From an uncultured Anaerolineales bacterium (GTDB lineage Bacteria; Chloroflexota; Anaerolineae; Anaerolineales; JABWBV01), in the NCBI GenBank assembly GCA_964489525.1, contig CAZAYY010000021.1, positions 104 to 64,103 on the forward strand: a stretch of 64,000 bases of DNA. Reading direction: 5' to 3'. Below are positions 63,160 to 64,000 of the stretch, in pieces. Made by a program: the position numbers and the translations under genes. A model generated the notes under the pieces. It ran no database searches. It saw nothing but the letters and a program-made list of their open reading frames with translations, and was not told the origin of the DNA. Positions within the stretch are counted from its first letter, which is position 1; the number at the start of each line of letters is the position of its first letter.

Positions 63160-64000
63160 ATGTATAAATCCTGATCCTTATATTTGAAGGGGGCCAATTC
63201 CTAGAACGTTTTTCAGACGAAAGGTGGAAATTCAAGCTGGATTTTTCAAAAAACCTATTAACAGAATACTCTTCTTTCCATATTATGGCAACCACTTTTA
63301 TTGAGGAGATACTGCAGATATGCCGGGTTTGTTTGCGTTGAAAATTTTCTAAAAGTTGGTCGGCTTCCCTGTCTAAACCACAGGCAGGTGAAAATCCATT
63401 CCAGGTTTCAATCCCAATTGTATGATCCCGAATTGAAGAGAAAATAAAAGCATTCCTTTGAAACTCGTCGTTCCTAAAAGCGTTTGTGGATCTTTCTTTT
63501 AAATTAAAAAATTTGGAAGCAATGTTGCCTGTAACAATATACAGAATAAAAAAACGAAAGTCAAGCGGTTAACTTTTTTTTAATCAAGCACTCATGCCAG
63601 GTGCTTGTCTTTACCAATAGCCTCACGGTTTGGTTGCGAGATACAAAAGCAGATTCCGCACGATTACATTAAAATAAAATTAATTTTTCATGGTGAAAAG
63701 CGCAAATTGCTTGCAGTGATTAGAAAGTCATGGTAACAATATGGAATAAAGTTAACCTAACTTTAATTTTTATGCTTCTGTTTCAATCTCTTTACACAAA
63801 TTGATTGCTTTTGCCCATGCAGCACCCTAACCAGGTGTATGAATAACGTTATTTTAACGGCGCAGGGCAAAGTGTAATCGAGTATCCAATAAGGAGGATC
63901 ATGAAAAGAAGGTCTCCCTTCTTATAGGGCAGACAACCCCAAGAACATCGTTAACCAAAAGAGCAAATTGGGTTTCCCGGCGAACCTGAAGGGAGAACTG

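Noticed and set aside
63160-64000. Replication origin (oriC) interpretation of the AT-rich tract
   Set aside because: I found only one imperfect DnaA-box-like string (TGTGGATct at about 63485). There is no cluster of boxes and no dnaA or dnaN nearby in the window.

Overview
This is a 64-kb, high-GC bacterial chromosomal window. Hand counts on typical coding lines give about 60-70% GC. The gene content suggests a monoderm Chloroflexota/Anaerolineae-like organism, but that is a weak inference: Tad/Flp pilus without secretin, DegS/DegU-like pair, and many GT-C paralogues. I had no search tools, so all calls rest on reading the ORF translations and the DNA.

Layout, left to right:
1. 1-2481: tail of a metal ABC ATPase, then two ABC-3 metal permeases. 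Each permease carries an extra C-terminal winged-helix-like domain.
2. 2547-7640: a 5.0-kb integrase-bearing element bounded by two identical, complete tRNA(CAT) genes (a 73-bp perfect direct repeat).
3. 7.9-15.4 kb: housekeeping and stress genes (MaoC dehydratase, MgtE, methyltransferase, OsmC, cupin, MBL hydrolase, cNMP-binding protein, HPF, ComFC).
4. 15.5-21.9 kb: a Tad/Flp pilus operon (tadC, tadB, cpaF, REC-cpaE/tadZ, cpaB). It includes a 50-aa Flp pilin gene that is missing from the ORF track. A DegS/DegU-like two-component pair follows at 22.0-23.8 kb.
5. 24.0-61.9 kb: a very large glycan-assembly locus. It holds 13 polytopic GT-C-like membrane proteins, Wzm/Wzt, GT2/GT4/GT11 enzymes, two polyprenyl-phosphate-sugar-synthase-like GT2s, an epimerase, methyltransferases and a DUF362 + adenylating-enzyme pair.
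6. 61.9-63.2 kb: rpoD, followed by an 840-bp AT-rich region with no ORFs.

Most interesting observations:
- the density of GT-C paralogues around an ABC-transporter-dependent glycan pathway;
- a sharp low-GC cassette whose boundary falls inside wzt at the domain junction;
- the minimal tRNA-flanked integrative element;
- a structured intergenic repeat present in two inverted copies.

Several ORF-track starts were corrected by hand using RBS and neighbour context.
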